From Eutreptiella sp. 'Long Island Sound 2002' (taxonomy: Eukaryota; Protista; Euglenida): DNA of 64,000 nt. The notes under the pieces were generated by a model. It was not told the DNA's origin. It ran no database searches and saw only the letters and a list, made by a program, of their open reading frames with translations. This document shows positions 38,426 to 49,219 of the stretch, piece after piece (the first letter of the stretch is position 1; the number at the start of each line of letters is the position of its first letter). The stretch lies in the NCBI GenBank assembly GCA_964036045.1, contig OZ038379.1, positions 22,692,001 through 22,756,000 on the forward strand, given 5' to 3'. The translations under genes and the position numbers were made by a program.

Positions 38426-41400
38426 ATGTTCCCGTCGACGCCCGCAACTCCTTACATGCAGCGCCCTCCTGTCCCCGGAGGCCCGCCTGCACCACACCCC
38501 GCGGGGTCCCCGGCTTTTGCCGCCCCCCCCCTCCCCCACTATACCCACACCCCATACGCGCCCCACCAACCGCTCGTGGAGGTTCACTCCCAGCCAGCGT
38601 ACCCCGCCTATTACCTGCGGGAGCCGCGGTATGGGCTTCCCCCGCCCCCCCGCCCGCCCTCGCCGCTCCCGACGGTACCGCCCCCGGACCACCGTGACCT
38701 GGAGTTGGCCTACCTACGGGGCCACGTGGCAGGCCTGGACCGCCGCACCGAGGGGCCTCCGCCCCCTAAGGAGGCGGCGCAGAGGGCGCCCCCGGCGCCG
38801 CAGGGCCCTGCCCCCGACGCGGTCGGCGAGGCGACGCCGGCACTGCTGCTGGCACCGGCGAGGGAGACGGAGCCCAGGCAGGACCGCCGGCCCCCGGCAC
38901 CTACGGAGCCGCCACGCCGGCCCCAATGCGCAACCTACCGGAGGTCCCGCTCCCCCAGACGGGACCTACGCGACGATCGCCGAGACCACGGCCGTACAAG
39001 CCCCGGTAGAGGAGGCCGCACGGCCCACCGCCGGCCCTACCGCTCCCCTGAGCGGTACTACCAGCGCCGGTCCGAGGAGCGCCCCTCCGGACACCGAGCT
39101 CCCGCCGCTAGAGGTAGAGACCATACCCCCGACCGCCGGGATAACCGCTCCCGTCGTGACCCGCCCGGATCAGCCCCCGGCCCGGGCCGGGAGCGACGAG
39201 ACCCCGACGACCGGCGCCGGTACCGCTCCCCCAGCCCGGATACCGCTAGACGCCTGAGGTATGATGCGCCAGATACGGGGCGCCGGCCGCAGTGGGAGCC
39301 CCGTACGGCTCCCGACGCCCAACCCCCGCATGTCCCGAGGGACAAGCCCCCACGCAAGCGGCAGCGCCATAACAAGGAAGGCAGACAGCCTGCGGCGCAG
39401 TCGCCCGCGGGCACCCTGCACAGGCTACCGGTGCACGCTCTGGCGGGGACCCAAACGACGCCGGGCCTCCTGGCCCCCCGTGCACAGCAGGCACGACTGC
39501 CACAGGACGGCGCCCCCCGCACGCCCCAGAAGCACCGTACCGGTGTCACGCAAACCACCCCGGGCCTCCGGGGCCCGGGCTACGCCTCCCCGAGCGGGGC
39601 AATGAAAGCCCCCCAGCTGCCCCGCGCCGCGGACCCTCCGACCGTCCTGCACATCCGGCGCCTCCCCACAGGGTGGTCCCGCCATCACCTGGCGGACCGT
39701 TTCATGTGGCTGGATGGGGCGGAGGGGGTGGCGGAGGCCTTTTATGGAGGAGAAAACCACGGGTACCTGACCTTCCGCGCCCACACACAGGCGCTGGCGG
39801 CGTGTGCGGTAGTCAGCGCTGCCCTGGGTACGGTAGCGCCCCCGCCCGGCCGCCTGCCGGCGGCAGTCCACTGTGTCAACCGCAGTGTCATCCGGGACCT
39901 CACCGTGCACACACAGCGGGACGCCGCGGGCGAGGAGCGGCACGACACGCCGTCCGCCGGGGCTGCCCCCCCGCGCATGGACCGCCCCTCCCTCACCGAG
40001 GATGACGTCCGGCGCCTCATAGCCGATGCCGTGGGCGGAACGCAGCAGGTGGTACATCCAACATCCACGGCCGCAGGAGCCCGCCCGGGCGCCCACAGCC
40101 GACGCGGTCGGTGGCGCCGGCCGCCCCCTACCCCGAGGCCCCCCTCCGGCACAACAGGCGCCCATCTCCCGGGAAAGAGACCCAGCGTTGCCCGGGGGCG
40201 GGGCAGCCCCTGAGCGAAGCCCGGAGGTCACCGCGGCTCGGGTGAGCCCGCCTGCGCGGCCGCGAGCCGCAGCCAAAGGCCGTACCAGCCAGCTTAGCCG
40301 GCGTATCCTGGCGGCTACCGGGACGCCTAGTGACCCCGGCCTACCGGCTGCCGGGCATGCCAGCGCAGGGCCCCCCCGGCCCGGCCCCTCGGATGTGGCA
40401 ACTGAAGGCGTGTCCCAGGACCTCTTGGGCGCAGATTGCCGGGAGGAGGGCCATCAGCAAGCCCTCGCCAGCGCCCCAGAGGCCCCTGCGGCCCGCCCCC
40501 AGGCGCCCGCTGGCAACCCCATGACCGCCCAGGCCCACGACGGTGCTGAGGCCTCAGCTCCCCCGACGGGGGGCCACCCCCCGGAGGGACCCGCCCTGGA
40601 TTGGTGTACAGTCTGTCGCTTCTGGCGCCCCAGCCCATGCGACCAGTGCCCCCCGCAGAGAGCCCCCCAGGAGGAAGACGAGGCTGCGGAGCTGGCCCCG
40701 GAAGGAGAACGGGAGCTAGGGCCCCGTGAGACCTCGCCCGCACTCGAAACTCCCACTTCGCACGCGGCGGATGACCCTCCGCCCACCCCCATCGATGTGG
40801 ATGCGTCCCAGGGCAGAGCCACCCAGCTGGCTGGCCTCCTGGATGATGAAGCGGGCGCCCTCAGCCCGCTGGAGCCCCTACCGCCGGCGGTAGAGTTGGA
40901 TGGCGACCCTGCACCGCCGGCAGCCGGCCGCGCCGACAGCCCGCCGGGCGAGCTGGGCCCGCACGAGTCCCGCCTGGCGGCGCTCATCGCCGATACTGCC
41001 CTGGAGGAGGCGAACCCCTGCAAGGCCCTGGACGTCGCTGTCTTCCTGGACAGCGAACGCCTGTCGGCGGTGGGACGCCGCATGCGGGCGGCGGGCCAGG
41101 ACACCACCCCCGTCCCCGGCCCCCATTCCCCGGAGGGAGACGGCCTCCCTCCCCTCCTGGCCCAGTATGCAAAGAGGACCCGCGAGCTTCTCCAGCTCGT
41201 GGGCTATACCCTGGGGGTCCCCTCCTTCTCCCTCTCCAGCTGGGAGGGAGATGCCATGCCGGCTCCTCACCCGCCGGGACTTGGGATCACGGTGTATTAC
41301 GTGATCGAGGGGAGGGTGCAGCTCCGCCTCCCCACCCCCGAGGGCGGCTCGCGCCCTGGGTGGTGGCTCCAGGCCATGGCATATGCGTATGCCTGGTCTG

Positions 41401-42025
41401 CCCCACCCCCGCCCCGGGCGGTCCCCCCGGATACCAGGGCCCTGGTGCTGATATGCCAGTGCCCGGTACATGTCCCCCGGGGCACGCCGGCCACCGCCCC
41501 CCCCCCGGTCCAAATCTGCGTCAAGCGCGGGGACCGGTACACCCCAGTCGACACGGCGAGCATGGACCTCGGGGACCACAGGGCCACCCTCACCCCACCC
41601 GGAGGCAACCCCCTGGCCATCGCTACGCCCATGGTGGCCAGGGCCACCTACGACAGGGCTCGGGGGGGACTCGTCATCGTCCCCTCGGCCCTGGGGGCCC
41701 AGCAGCTCCGCGACGCCAACTGGAAGGGATGGAGCGCCTCGTGGGTTAGCTACGCCCGGGCCCTCCAGCCGGCCAAGCCGGTCGGCTTCAAGGTCCTGGG
41801 GGCGCAGGCCCCGGCCCTACGAGACTGGGTGCTCCCCAGGCTCACGGGCGAACGGCCAGCGGGGACTCCCTGACCACGGTGTTTGGCCTCATCGGGCGTG
41901 ACCTGCGGGCAGCCCAGGAGGCAGCTGGCGGCTCGGCCACACACGCCGACCCCCAGGGCGGGCCCACTTCCTCAGAGCCGGACCCGGAGCCGGAGCACCC
42001 CACTCCCTCGCAATCCCAGAATTGA
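38426..42025 (+). pseudogene. LINE B ORF1 (~1190 aa restored): Pro-rich, RS/RD-rich, RRM-like domain, acidic linker, C-terminal globular domain
   Basis: RRSRSPRRDLRDDRR / YRSPER / YRSPSP tracts. RRM-like VLHIRRLP..WSRHHL..RF...HGYLTF (about 39640-39800). Frameshift from a 7-bp duplication at 40054-40067; probable 1-nt deletion in the G-run 41861-41864 (restores GDSLTTVFGLIGRDL... to TGA 42023-42025). Confidence 0.75.
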
Positions 42026-45000
42026 GGGCACCCCGGAGGACGTGCACGCTGTGGGGTACATGTGGCTCAACGTCCGGGGCCGGTACCTCCGGCAACGCCT
42101 CCTGGCGCAAGCCCTGCACATGGCAGCGCGCCGCCCTACCCTCCTCATCCTGGCTGAGGCCCAGTCCCGGGCAGGCCCCGAGGACCCCCCCTTCCAGGAC
42201 TACGCCCGTCACGTCGTGCTCCCCGCCCAAGGCAAGACGGGGGCGGGCCTGGAAGTATACGTCCGCACCGGGACAACCACCCGGGCTTCCCTCCTCTGGG
42301 GCGCGGAGGATGCCAACGCCCTCCTCATGGAGGTCCTCACCCCGTGGGGTCGGCATCATGTGCTGGCAGCCCATGCCCCCCACATCAGCATAGGCGTGGA
42401 GCCTTACGTGAGATGGTGGGCCGCCGTCTGGAGGGAGGTCACCTGCCTGGTCGACCCGACGACCGTCCTGGTTGTCACGGACACCAACTCGGCGGCCCGA
42501 CCGGCAGATAGAGGGACCCCGCGCCCCGAGGACACGGGCTACCGCACGTTCCTGAGGGCCTTCAACCTCAGGGACTTAGTGGACCTTCACCCGGTCCCGC
42601 AGGACACATACTCCTGCTTCCAGGGAGCCGCGCGCTCCCGCATCGACACAGCCGCCTGCCACAGCGAGGCGCAGTTCACCATCGCCTCGTACCACTACTG
42701 GGCGAGCACCCTCCTCTCGGACCACCACGTCCCCCTCCTTCTCACCGTCGCCTTCCCGGTGAACCGGCTGGACAAGCCCAGCCCCCATACGGTCTCCCGC
42801 ACCCCGGAGTACCACCTGGGCCCAGTGGCCCTGTCCCCGGCCGACACGGCCGATTTCCACAACTCAGTACTCCGCAGGAGAGCCGTGGACCCCCAGCTCG
42901 CCCCGAATCGGTGGCTGAAAGGCCTGCAAAGGGCCATCTACGATTGGGCCCACGCCACGGGCAGGGTCCGAGCCCTCCGCTTCCGGCAGTACCGCCTCAA
43001 GACGCGCCCGGCGGAGCGAGCTCCCCCCTCGCGGGCTCCCCAGCAGCCCTTCCCAGCGCGCAGCATGCTCCCCACGGTGGGGCGTTTTACAGTGATGGCC
43101 CAGAGCATATTGGGCACCTCAGTGACGGCGGGGCACGCCCTCAAGCGGAGCCTAGTGGCCTTGGGGGAAGCCCAGCGCCAGCAGAGCCTCCGGGGGGTGA
43201 AACGCAGGGCCCTCCGATGCAAGCAGGAAACCCTCAACTTGAAACGCACCCCGGAGCAGTGGAGGGAGGTGCAGCGTCGTAGCATGGGCCCCCCGCGCGA
43301 TGTCTCGGAAATCCCCCTGGACAGCAAGGCGCTCCTCAACCCCAGGGAGACGTTGTCCGCCCTGTACTTGAGCCGCCTACGGCTCCAGGGCCATAGCTAC
43401 CGGATCCGGGATGACCCCGACCGATGGGCCCACTTCCAGAGGTACCTGGGGCTCCTGCCGCAGCATGCCCCGCCAGCCCGCGGCGACTATGTCCAGCCCC
43501 GCCACCTCTGGGAGGTGCAGTCAGGGAAGGCCCGCGGCCCCGACCTCCGCCTACCCGAAGCGGACGTCTGCATCGATATAGCCTGGTAACGACACCTGAC
43601 GGAGGCGGACCAGAAGACCCTGTGCACCGTGGTGCGCAGCCCCCCAGTCAGCCGCACGGTGGGCAGGCGGGGGCGGGTTACCCTGCTCCTAAAAAACCCG
43701 GACCAGCCGGTCCAGGAGGCGAACCTCCGGGGGATAACCATCTCCTCCCACGTCTCCAAACTCGAGCCCACGGCCTTCTATGCCGTGGCGACAGCCGTCT
43801 ACGAGCGGGCCCTGGGGGGCCCCTGCCTAGTGGGGGGCATGCGGGGGATATCCCTCCAGGAGGTCGTCCGCACGGTGCACATGAAGCTGGACCTGGCCAG
43901 GCTTCAAAACCGGATAGTGGACGTCCTGATCACGGATCTCGCGAAATTCTTCGACGTGATCGCGCAGGACATTCACCCTATAGTGGGAGCCCGGGTGGGC
44001 CTGGGAGAGGCCGACCACCTCGCCACCCATACCGAGGGTTTCTCCTACACCCTGCCCTTGGGCCCCTGGCAGTCCCACACCCTGACGCAACTCCTGGGTA
44101 CGCCCCAGGGTACCGTCCAGGGGGTCCATGCGGGGGCGACGGCGGCGCTCCCTTTCTTGCGATACATGGACATCGCATACCGGTCCTCGGCGGTGGAGCC
44201 CTTCCGCTTCCCGGGACTCATGTGGGTGGACGACACGATCGTCCTCTTGGAGCGGGGCGATTCCCACCCCATACAGGGGGTCCTATTGGATCAGCGGGTA
44301 TACTACCAGGGAATCCTGCGGGTGGACGTCCCTGACCGCAAGATCCAGCACGGCTCCACGTCAGACCCGCGGCCCCTACGGTCGCCTACGCCAGCAGCCG
44401 TGGCCCGCCACCTAGGCCGCGCGTGGGTGACGAGTACCCCGGACCAGCGGCGGGAGGCACTGGCAGGGGCCCCGGAGATACAGCCCTCCAGGGTCCTCCG
44501 ATATATGGGAACCGACATTTACCTCCAGGGGGCGCCTACGGCCCCCCGCAACCTGCCGGAGGTCAGGGCGGAGCTCTGGACACAGCTCCGCCCCCAGCGG
44601 CTCTCCCCGGACGCGGCCATGATGGTACTCATGGCCAAGCTCCCGAGCAAGCTGCTCCCCCTGGCCAGCGTGTACCGCCCCACGGCCAAGGTACACGCGG
44701 CAAACGATGCTCTCATGGTGCGAGCATACAAGCACGTGACGGGCATCTCCCGCCACGCTCATACCGACGCGCTCTGGGGACCCTGGGAGCATGGGTGCCA
44801 GGGTCTCACTCGGTCGGAGCACTCGTGGCAGGCGGCGGTAGTTCGAGAGTGGGTTCGGCAGGGGGCCTGGGCCAAGCAGGAGTTCCGGGACTCCCAGGCC
44901 TACTCCCTGCAAACGCACCAGGCGCTCAGGGGGGGCTGCCCGGCGGTGCTTACCCCGGGGCAGTACACGCATCACCCCAAGTGCCCCCACCTCATAGCCA

Positions 45001-46654
45001 CGCTGCAGCGGGTCGTGGATGAGGTGGCTCTGCCCATGTGGATGCCGGGCCAGTGCTCAGGGACCACCCCCATCCTGGTCCGAGGTCCCGGTGGGCCGCG
45101 ATCGGCGGCAGCGGCGGCCCCTGCCCCCCGGGTGGAGGTGTACACGACTCTGTATGGCGCCGTCGCGCAGGTCGTCGTCCCCCCGACGGTGTACGAAACG
45201 GTACAGGCCCTGGGCTACCATCACCTCGGCGACCTCTACACAGAGAATCACCAGGTGCTACCGGAGCGAGCCCTGAAGAGACGAGCGCCAGCCCGCAAGG
45301 GGATCCCGGGGCTACGTGCATGGCTGGCCCGCCACGCTGCGGTACTAGTCCCGCTCCTGAGGGAACCCACGCCGCGATGGCAAGCGGCACCCAAGGACTG
45401 GGTCCCGGGGGCCGTGCCCACCTATCAGGCGGAAGTCATAGTGGGGGGCCGGGCGGCCAAAACCACCCGAATGGAGACGATATACCATAGGGGGCAGCCC
45501 CTCCGGATAACCGCGGCCCTGCAGGACACCATGGAGACCGCGGGCTGGGCGCCAGAACCCCGGGTATGCCAGCAGCCCCCGGGCACCCTGCCCAGCGACA
45601 CCAGGCTCCACCGCCTCCTGGTGGCCCTCCTGGATATCCAAGTGCAGGTGAATGCGCCACTGCACGCCCAGCTGTGGGGCGACCACCGGCAGGAGTCCCT
45701 GGCCCAGCTCCAGCGCACTGGGGTCAGGGCGCCCACCGTCGTGTGGACGACAGCCCCCCCGTCTGCCGCCTACTGGAACTGGGCCAGCACATCGCAGGCC
45801 CCTCTCGTGACGGTCACCTCGACGCTACCGCCGTTTCCGTGGATCGCCATAGCCCCGGCGGCGGTGGCGCGCTTCCAATATCCAGCGGAGTGCATGGCGC
45901 ACAAATGCCCGGGGCACCCGCACAAGGGGCCCCTCTATTACTCCCTCGATACGGTGGGGTCAGTGCCAGCGGAGCTTCACCAGGCCCTGCGCACCCACCT
46001 CAGGGAGCACCATGGGGACATGGCCCTCCTGGCGCCACACGGCCGGGCGACCAGCCCCCCGCGAGTGTTGGCCCCTGAGACTCGCCCGGGCGTCTGGTTC
46101 CATGACCTGCCTGCGCTGGCGACCCTCCGAGGCAGTGTCGTGGCGGTGGATGCAGGGGCCACGCAGGCGGGTATGGCCATGGCCGGGGTCGTCCAGAGCG
46201 GGCCTGGGGAGTATCAGGCCCAGGTGGCCTCAAGAGTGGGCACCTCCCAGGAGGGGGAGGCGATGGCCCTCCTCTCGTATGCCCGCCGGCTGGCGACACA
46301 GCCGGGGGTTTACTGGCTGGTGCCGGACTCGGAGGCAGCAGTGGGGGCCCTCCGCACGTACTAGGAAGGAGGGCACTGCGGAGATGGCATTAACCACCTC
46401 TACGCCACCGTCCTGGGGGGGCAGCGCCTCTCCCCGAGGTCTGCCATCAATGTGGTGACCACACCATCGCACTGGATCACGGACCTCAACGTCCGTGTGG
46501 ACGCAGCGACGCGGGAGCCGCCGGAGGTAGACCTCACGTGGCTCCTTAGGCGCCCCTACTCATTTATCCCCCCAGTGCCCTTCCGCGACCAGTGCCAGCT
46601 CTCCCCGACGGCGCTGAGTGACTGGTTGCAGGACCGGGCCTCCATACCGGCGCA

Positions 46655-47251
46655 CACGGGGGGGCGACTACAACCGGTCTTGATGCGACCCACCCCCCAA
46701 CTATCTTTCAAAACTCGCGGGGGGGGGGGGTCCAGCCGGGGGTCGGGGGGGGGGGGGGGTTCCTCCCGGGGGTCGGGGGGGGGGGTGTTCCTGCCGGGGG
46801 TCGGGAGGGGGGTGTTCCTGCCGGGGGTCGGGGGGGGGGTCTGGCCGGGGGTCGGGGGGGGGGTCTAGCCGGGGGTCATGGGGGTGTCCAGCCAGGGGTG
46901 AGGGGGGGGGGGGTGGTTAGGGTTAGGGTTAAGGTTAGCCCAGGGTTAGCCCTAGGGTTAGGGTTAGGGTTAGGGTTAGGGCTAGGGTTGTGGTTGCTGT
47001 TAGGGCCTGCAGCCCTCCTGTAGCCCTCCTTCCTTATTGTTTTAACACAAATATGATTTCTCTACAAAATTTTGAGTATTTTGAGTATAAACACATAGTA
47101 TGAAGAAAAAAATTGGCGCCTTTGGCGCCAGACAGTTTTCTCTAGAGACACTTGTTGGTGGCCGACCCGGCACCACTATCTTGCAAAACCCGGGGGGGGG
47201 GGGGGCTGGGGGGGGTCGCATACAAGGACCGGGCCCGGCCGCCCCCCCGTG
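46655..47251. mobile_element. 597-bp MITE carrying telomeric (TTAGGG)n-like repeats, inserted in LINE B ORF2
   Basis: Perfect 12-bp TIR CACGGGGGGGCG / CGCCCCCCCGTG, extending imperfectly to about 37 bp; 8-bp TSD CCGGCGCA at 46647-46654 and 47252-47259. Confidence 0.95.
46915..46990 (+). repeat. Interstitial telomere-type (TTAGGG)n tract with variants
   Basis: GGTTAGGGTTAGGGTTAAGGTTAGCCCAGGGTTAGCCCTAGGGTTAGGGTTAGGGTTAGGGTTAGGGCTAGGGTT; preceded by ~21-bp G-rich repeats at 46730-46870. Confidence 0.9.
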
Positions 47252-48093
47252 CCGGCGCAAGCCATCTACGAGGCCCGCTGGGGGGTAAACTTCATGCCAG
47301 GGGGGGGCCTCCCCCTGGACTGGTTCGACCACGACCAGCAGCGCCACATCACGGCGCATCGCATGGACAACGTCCCGACCATGGCCGTCCTAGCCCACCG
47401 TTCCTCCCACCGGGGCACGGTGCTGGATACAACGTGCCTCCTGTGCGGGACACAGCCCGAGACGGCGCCCCACCTGTGGGCCTGCTCGGCTCAATCGCAC
47501 GAGTGGGGGCCAGCCCGCCGGCGCCTCGCAGCGTGGCTCGACCAGAAGGTGGGGCCACGGGCGGCCCCAGTGCGTCACCAGCTGTGGGAACCGACTGTGC
47601 TGGGGCAGTGGGCGGCAGCCCTGCGGACCCCCTCCATGCAGCTGGCCCACCTGGAGTGTACGGGGCCCCACTCGCTGGGCACGGAGTTCCTCCGCCACGT
47701 CGTGGAGGAGTCCATACGGATCTGGTACGCCCACGCCAAGGCGCGTGCCACACTGCTGAAGGCCCGCCTGGGCCCGGGCAGCACGATGGCGTGGGCGTTG
47801 CAGGAGCTACGCCTGCACCAGCAAGCAGAAAGGGAAGGGGTGCAGCGGGAGCTCCTGGAATAAGCGCGGTCGCCAGAGGCGAACTCACCAGGTCTCCCCG
47901 ACTCCCCCTCCCCCTGCCGAGGCCTACACACTTACGCACAGCGCGCACACAACACACACAGCCCAGCCCGTTTACCTGTACCCGTGGGTAGACATCCCGG
48001 CCTTTTGCCTTTTGGTAACAGCGCCTTCGGCACACCACACCACACCACACCACACCACACCACACCACACCACACCACACCACACCACCACAC

Positions 48094-48795
48094 CTTGTGC
48101 GTGAGTTTCATCTGCTTATCCATGGCCTTTGCCAACAGCGTCTTCTGGACCTCGAGCTGCCCCAGCACCATCAGAATGGCAAGGAATGAGACAATGCCGG
48201 GGCAAAGGATGTTCATGCAGGAGAACCCGATGTCCCAGCCACGCGGGAGCGTGGCCCGTTGAGGGGTCAGGAGCTCAGCCCCGACAAAGACCTCGGCGAA
48301 GCTGAACCCCACGAGGACGACAATGAGGAGGACGAGCTGCCACAGGCACTCCCGCAGCCCAGCTCCGGTGGTGCGCAGCAACTGGGGGCCGAGGATGGCC
48401 CACGAAGCCACGGCGCTGCCGCTGCCACTCCCGCCGAACGACCAGTGAATGCCCAGGGCCGTGAATGCGAGGCCATGGCACAATGCGCTGCGAGCCAAGG
48501 GAAGCCGCCGGGTCGTCAGCAAGTACACGGTGCTGAAGAAGCAGACCAGCACCAGCAGCGCCGGGAACAGCGCGGCGAGCTTGACGCCAAAGACCCAGTA
48601 GCACAGCGACCACAGGGTGCCGCATGCACCGCACAGCACGGCAGCGACGAACACCACCAGTTTGGACCGGATCACTTCCAGGTTGTCGTCGGGCTCCGCG
48701 AGCCGGTCCTGCAGCGCGCAGTAACATTGCCAGCATAATCCAGTGTTGCCCTCATCATCGACCACATCGACCACATCATTGTTGACGTGTGCCAT
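48094..48795 (-). CDS. Class III adenylate cyclase, 5' exon (multi-pass membrane anchor, about 6 TM)
   Basis: LAEPDDNLEVIRSK followed by about six hydrophobic helices (LVVFVAAVLCG..., LAALFPALLVLVCFFSTVYLL, ...GIVSFLAILMVL), resembling Rv1625c-type anchors; GC3-rich. Start is uncertain (ATG 48795 or 48846, or an upstream exon). Confidence 0.85.
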
Positions 48796-49219
48796 CTTCC
48801 CAGATGACAATGTCTGATCAACAAGAAACGTGGGGTCCAGATGCATGACTGTGCGTATTGGCAGGGCTGTCCTTGAGGGAGGAAACGGCGTCTCTGCTAC
48901 GCTGTAGTGCAACAGTACGTGGCGGCACGGGACCTGCACCACTGACTAGCGCGCAAATAGGCTGCCGTTTTGCAGCTTATTCAATGACTGGTAAGCGCCG
49001 ACAGTGGGCCTGCAACACGGGGGGGTCGGTGTGAAGGACCCACCCACCCCCTGGGACACGTTGGCCAAACGCACTTTGCGGGGGGGAGGGGGGGGACCTA
49101 ATTAAGGTGAGCTAAGCGAAGGTGTAGGGGAAACCTTCGGTAGACAACTTGTTTAACATAGCCGCCTCCCAGGGGCTACTGGATTGCACTGGATTGCACC
49201 CACTCAAAGACACATGACC

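Larger units (their letters stand above)
42030..47863 (+). pseudogene. LINE B ORF2: APE endonuclease, RT, ~300-aa inserted domain, RNase H, CCHC knuckle
   Basis: APE motifs WLNVRG, LAEAQ, AAHAP, VTDTN, RID, SDH. RT motifs KARGPD, TLLLK, RGITI, TDLAKFFD, GTPQG, WVDD. RNase H motifs VAVDAG, SQEGE, VPDSEAA, PSH, NVRVDA. Knuckle CLLCGTQPETAPHLWAC. In-frame TAA 43587-43589, TAG 46362-46364, and a MITE at 46655-47251 whose removal restores QDRASIPAQAIYEARW. Confidence 0.92.
32464..48093 (-). other. 15,630-bp GT-AG intron of the adenylate cyclase gene, filled by a retrotransposon nest
   Basis: Donor AAG|GTGTGG at 48094/48093 and acceptor CAG|CTG at 32464/32463, both phase 0. The join reads KAMDKQMKLTHK-LGIERKLAYEL, a continuous post-TM helix. 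Confidence 0.8.
35024..48093 (+). mobile_element. Near-full-length non-LTR retrotransposon family B (~13 kb; 5' boundary tentative), antisense to the host gene
   Basis: Long GC-rich 5' region with a 94-bp tandem array, ORF1 38426-42025, ORF2 about 42030-47863, 3' UTR ending GCGCCTTCGGC (48021-48031), (CACAC)n tail 48032-48093. Confidence 0.85.

Noticed and set aside
46915-46990. True chromosome end or telomere fusion
   Set aside because: The tract is short, degenerate, single-orientation and enclosed by TIRs and a TSD inside a LINE ORF.
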